Source of the DNA: Dipteris shenzhenensis
Taxonomy: Eukaryota
Assembly (NCBI GenBank): GCA_047967505.1
Contig: CM106538.1
Length of the DNA stretch: 64,000 nucleotides
Reading direction: 5' to 3' (one strand)
Shown here: positions 61,422-64,000 of the stretch, piece by piece
How positions within the stretch are numbered: the first letter of the stretch is position 1
Layout of the letters: each line of letters opens with the position of its first letter
Notes under the pieces: generated by a model
What the model was told of the DNA's origin: nothing
What the model saw: only the letters and a program-made list of their open reading frames with translations
Database searches by the model: none
Position numbers and translations under genes: made by a program

Positions 61422-63232
61422 TCTGCGCGTGCCTCACTAGGGAAGATGCTACAGAATCCTAGGTATGATGATGAGTGCAGAGAGATGAGAGCTCACCTCA
61501 AACGTGAGCGAGCCCTTGGCCACTTGACATCAACCGAGGCACAACGGACCTCACAGTGACTCACATGTCGTAAGCGGCGGTCCTTCCTCACCCACAGAAT
61601 GGACGAGGTGATCAATTCATTTTGAGGGGGGGATCCCACCATTGGTTGGGGGCTTCTATCAGAGGGGAAGCCACCTATACCCATCACAGACCCAGGTGTT
61701 TGGCACACTTATGCATGCTCTTACCTGATGGTTAACCTTGGGAAGACCAAGGTCATGACTTCAACACCTCTTACACAGTGCTTCACCGACATAGCTTTGC
61801 ATACCAAAGTCAGCCAGTGGAGATTGTGCAGTCCTACACATACTTGGGTGCAATTTTCATAGGGCCAGTTTTCACGATGCCCCACATAGCCAAAGCATGA
61901 CTCACACAAGGGCACGATGCTTTGGCCCGACTAGAGCGACAGTGCTTCTAGACGCACTTCTAGAATTCACCGACGAAGTGTTGGCTTTTCGACACTCTAG
62001 TGAGGCCGACTGCCATGTATGCGGCACCTTTTTGGCGGTGTGATATTTCAGCAACAGAATGGAGAAGATTTGAGCGGCTAGAAGTGATTATGGGCTCTAG
62101 GATGATTCGGAGTAAGCCCTCGGTCCCCCATCAGATAGTACAGGAAGAGTTTGCCATGACCCCTCTCCAGGTTGATGCCATTTTTCAGACAGTGGCTTTC
62201 CTCCACGGAGTTTGGGACCTACTTTGCGAGAGACTTCCGAGGCTGGCACACTAGTCCTTCATACGACTAGCTAAGAGTGGGGTAGGTACAGCATGGTTTG
62301 CACGCATCACCGCATGGTTTGCCAGTCACGGCATTCAGATGGATTGGCTTCCCTTTAGCATGGATGCACTGCCCGAGTTGATCCCACGGGATGAGATTAA
62401 CCGCATCTACGGTTAGATCTCCTCCAACTCCACACATCTCGCACTTTAGGGGGGGGGGACCAAGACTTCCCAACCAAAACCCAGCTCTACTATGACCACT
62501 TTCTGAGAGTATTGAAGGATGGGCTCATCATCAGACCTCAATATCTCGAGGACAGAAGAGTCTGACACGCACAGAGGATTGCCATCAGACAAATGCGGGT
62601 CTCGTCCCATCAACTGAGGATCGAGGCAGGGAGAGCTGCACGCATACTTAGAGAGCAGCGGACTTGCAGGTTGTGCACAATGGGCGTGGTCGAGACAGAG
62701 GAGCACTTTCTTTGTGTCTTCCTAGCCTACTATGAGATCCGAGGGCACTACCACTGCCTTTTTCAGGAGGGGCACGACTTTGGCCCACTCTCACGTCTGA
62801 TCCACTTCCAGGACCAAGTTTGTATTGGGCTCTACCTGATGGAGATGCGACGACACAAAGAGACACTACTACGACATATCAGAGAGCAGCAAGATGGGAC
62901 CACCACACCACAAGGTACTAAGGTAGACCGAGCGCAGAGACAGGTCATGGATTTTTATGCATTTAACTCAGCTCCAAGGCACTCTGGGATAGAGGAGGAG
63001 GAGCTAGCCGACATGAGAGATATATGGATCGGTGGGGAGAGCCGACACAACACTACTAGGTGAGGGACACCGAGAACGTAAATGGTGCGATAGGCGACCA
63101 GAGCACATGATCGAGGTTCGACCTATTTCAGCTCTCCTTAGGGGAGATCGACCGAGGCGAGGGGTCACCCTTAACATAGCCCATCGGATCCAGAGATCGA
63201 GGAGACCACGCCCTCCACCACGGGAGACATCC
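60540..63232 (+). mobile_element. RTE/RTEX-like LINE with the RT core deleted
   Basis: APE endonuclease (GGVAILF, DFNARTG, STVDYLL, ADH). Near 61720 the sequence jumps to VNLGKTKVM. C-terminal SSHQLRIEAGR...CRLC...ETEEHFLC. Confidence 0.85.
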
Positions 63233-64000
63233 TGACAGATGCAAATACGTGCGCTCTTTGCATCTCATCAGAGAGCCACCATGAAGCCTGGATACGTGGA
63301 GCCGATCCATGTGTAGGCCATCTTTTGGTGGTTCTAGTGATGCCCTATAGACCATGGTATGTGCCTTGTAGGCATAAGTGTAGGCACTTATTGTGTTAGT
63401 GCTTACTATGCCACGTAGGACACTTAGTCCTATGTGACACCTAGGACACTTAGTCCTAGGCCTAGATACAAGTACTTTGTACTTGTGTTTAGGAACCTTA
63501 TCTAAGTTGACGTGACTTCTTCTTCGACTTGTCCTGTACTGCACACTCTCTCTCTCTCTCTCTCTTCGTTTAGCATCTACAGTGGTATCAGAGCAGGTAT
63601 TGCTCTAGCCTTCCAGCTCTCCTCAACCCCGAGTACTCCATTGCTCATTGGAGAGTTTTCTGCCCTGCTGGTCGACACTCTCCCAGATCTGGTTCGAGGC
63701 TCTTCATCGCTATTTGCTCCGTCGTACCTTTAGTGGTACCTGCGCTATACCTGCACGCTGCATCGCCAGTAAGGCCGTACAACCGTACCTTCAGTGGTAT
63801 TCGCGTCGTACAACCATACGGTTCTGCTACGTATTGTGCATCGTTGTACTGTACTGCACGTCGCCGTACAACTGCGCGTCACCATACTGCCCGTCGCCGT
63901 ACATCGTACTGCCCGTCGCTGTACACCATATTGCCCGTCGCTGTACACCTGCGCATTGCCGTACGGAATAAGTATCTGCGACAGCCGTACGCTCTTCTCC
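63233..64000 (+). mobile_element. 5' end of an LTR retrotransposon: LTR 63233-63581, PBS 63583-63594, leader runs off the window
   Basis: Imperfect inverted LTR termini tgacagatgcaaatacg / cgtttagcatctaca, followed by tggtatcagagc. Confidence 0.8.

Overview
This is eukaryotic, plant-type genomic DNA, made almost entirely of nested retrotransposons. The L1 ORF1 (DUF4283-type), Tnt1-like copia, chromovirus and WASH gene content suggest a large-genome land plant such as a fern; that is inference. The only host gene is the 3' end of a WASH complex subunit 4 (WASHC4/SWIP) gene: five GT-AG exons on the minus strand at 45446-46861. Its upstream intron appears to fill the rest of the window (>17 kb). 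Left half: an old L1 LINE (2852-30786) is split by an internally deleted chromovirus (4122-8467) and by two same-family copia copies fused tail-to-tail (9466-28757). One copia copy carries a 10.3-kb Mutator-like element (14345-24644) with a perfect 9-bp TSD, GCGAGC-rich termini and a multi-level foldback array. Right half: six L1 copies of at least two subfamilies, plus a 16-nt L1 tail at 18229, all lie inside (GT)n tracts in the same polarity. This points to a microsatellite-targeting L1 family. The right half also has RTE/RTEX-like LINEs and the start of another LTR element. Three retroelement leaders carry dense (CC)GTAC arrays. All alignments and counts were made by eye; no database searches were run.
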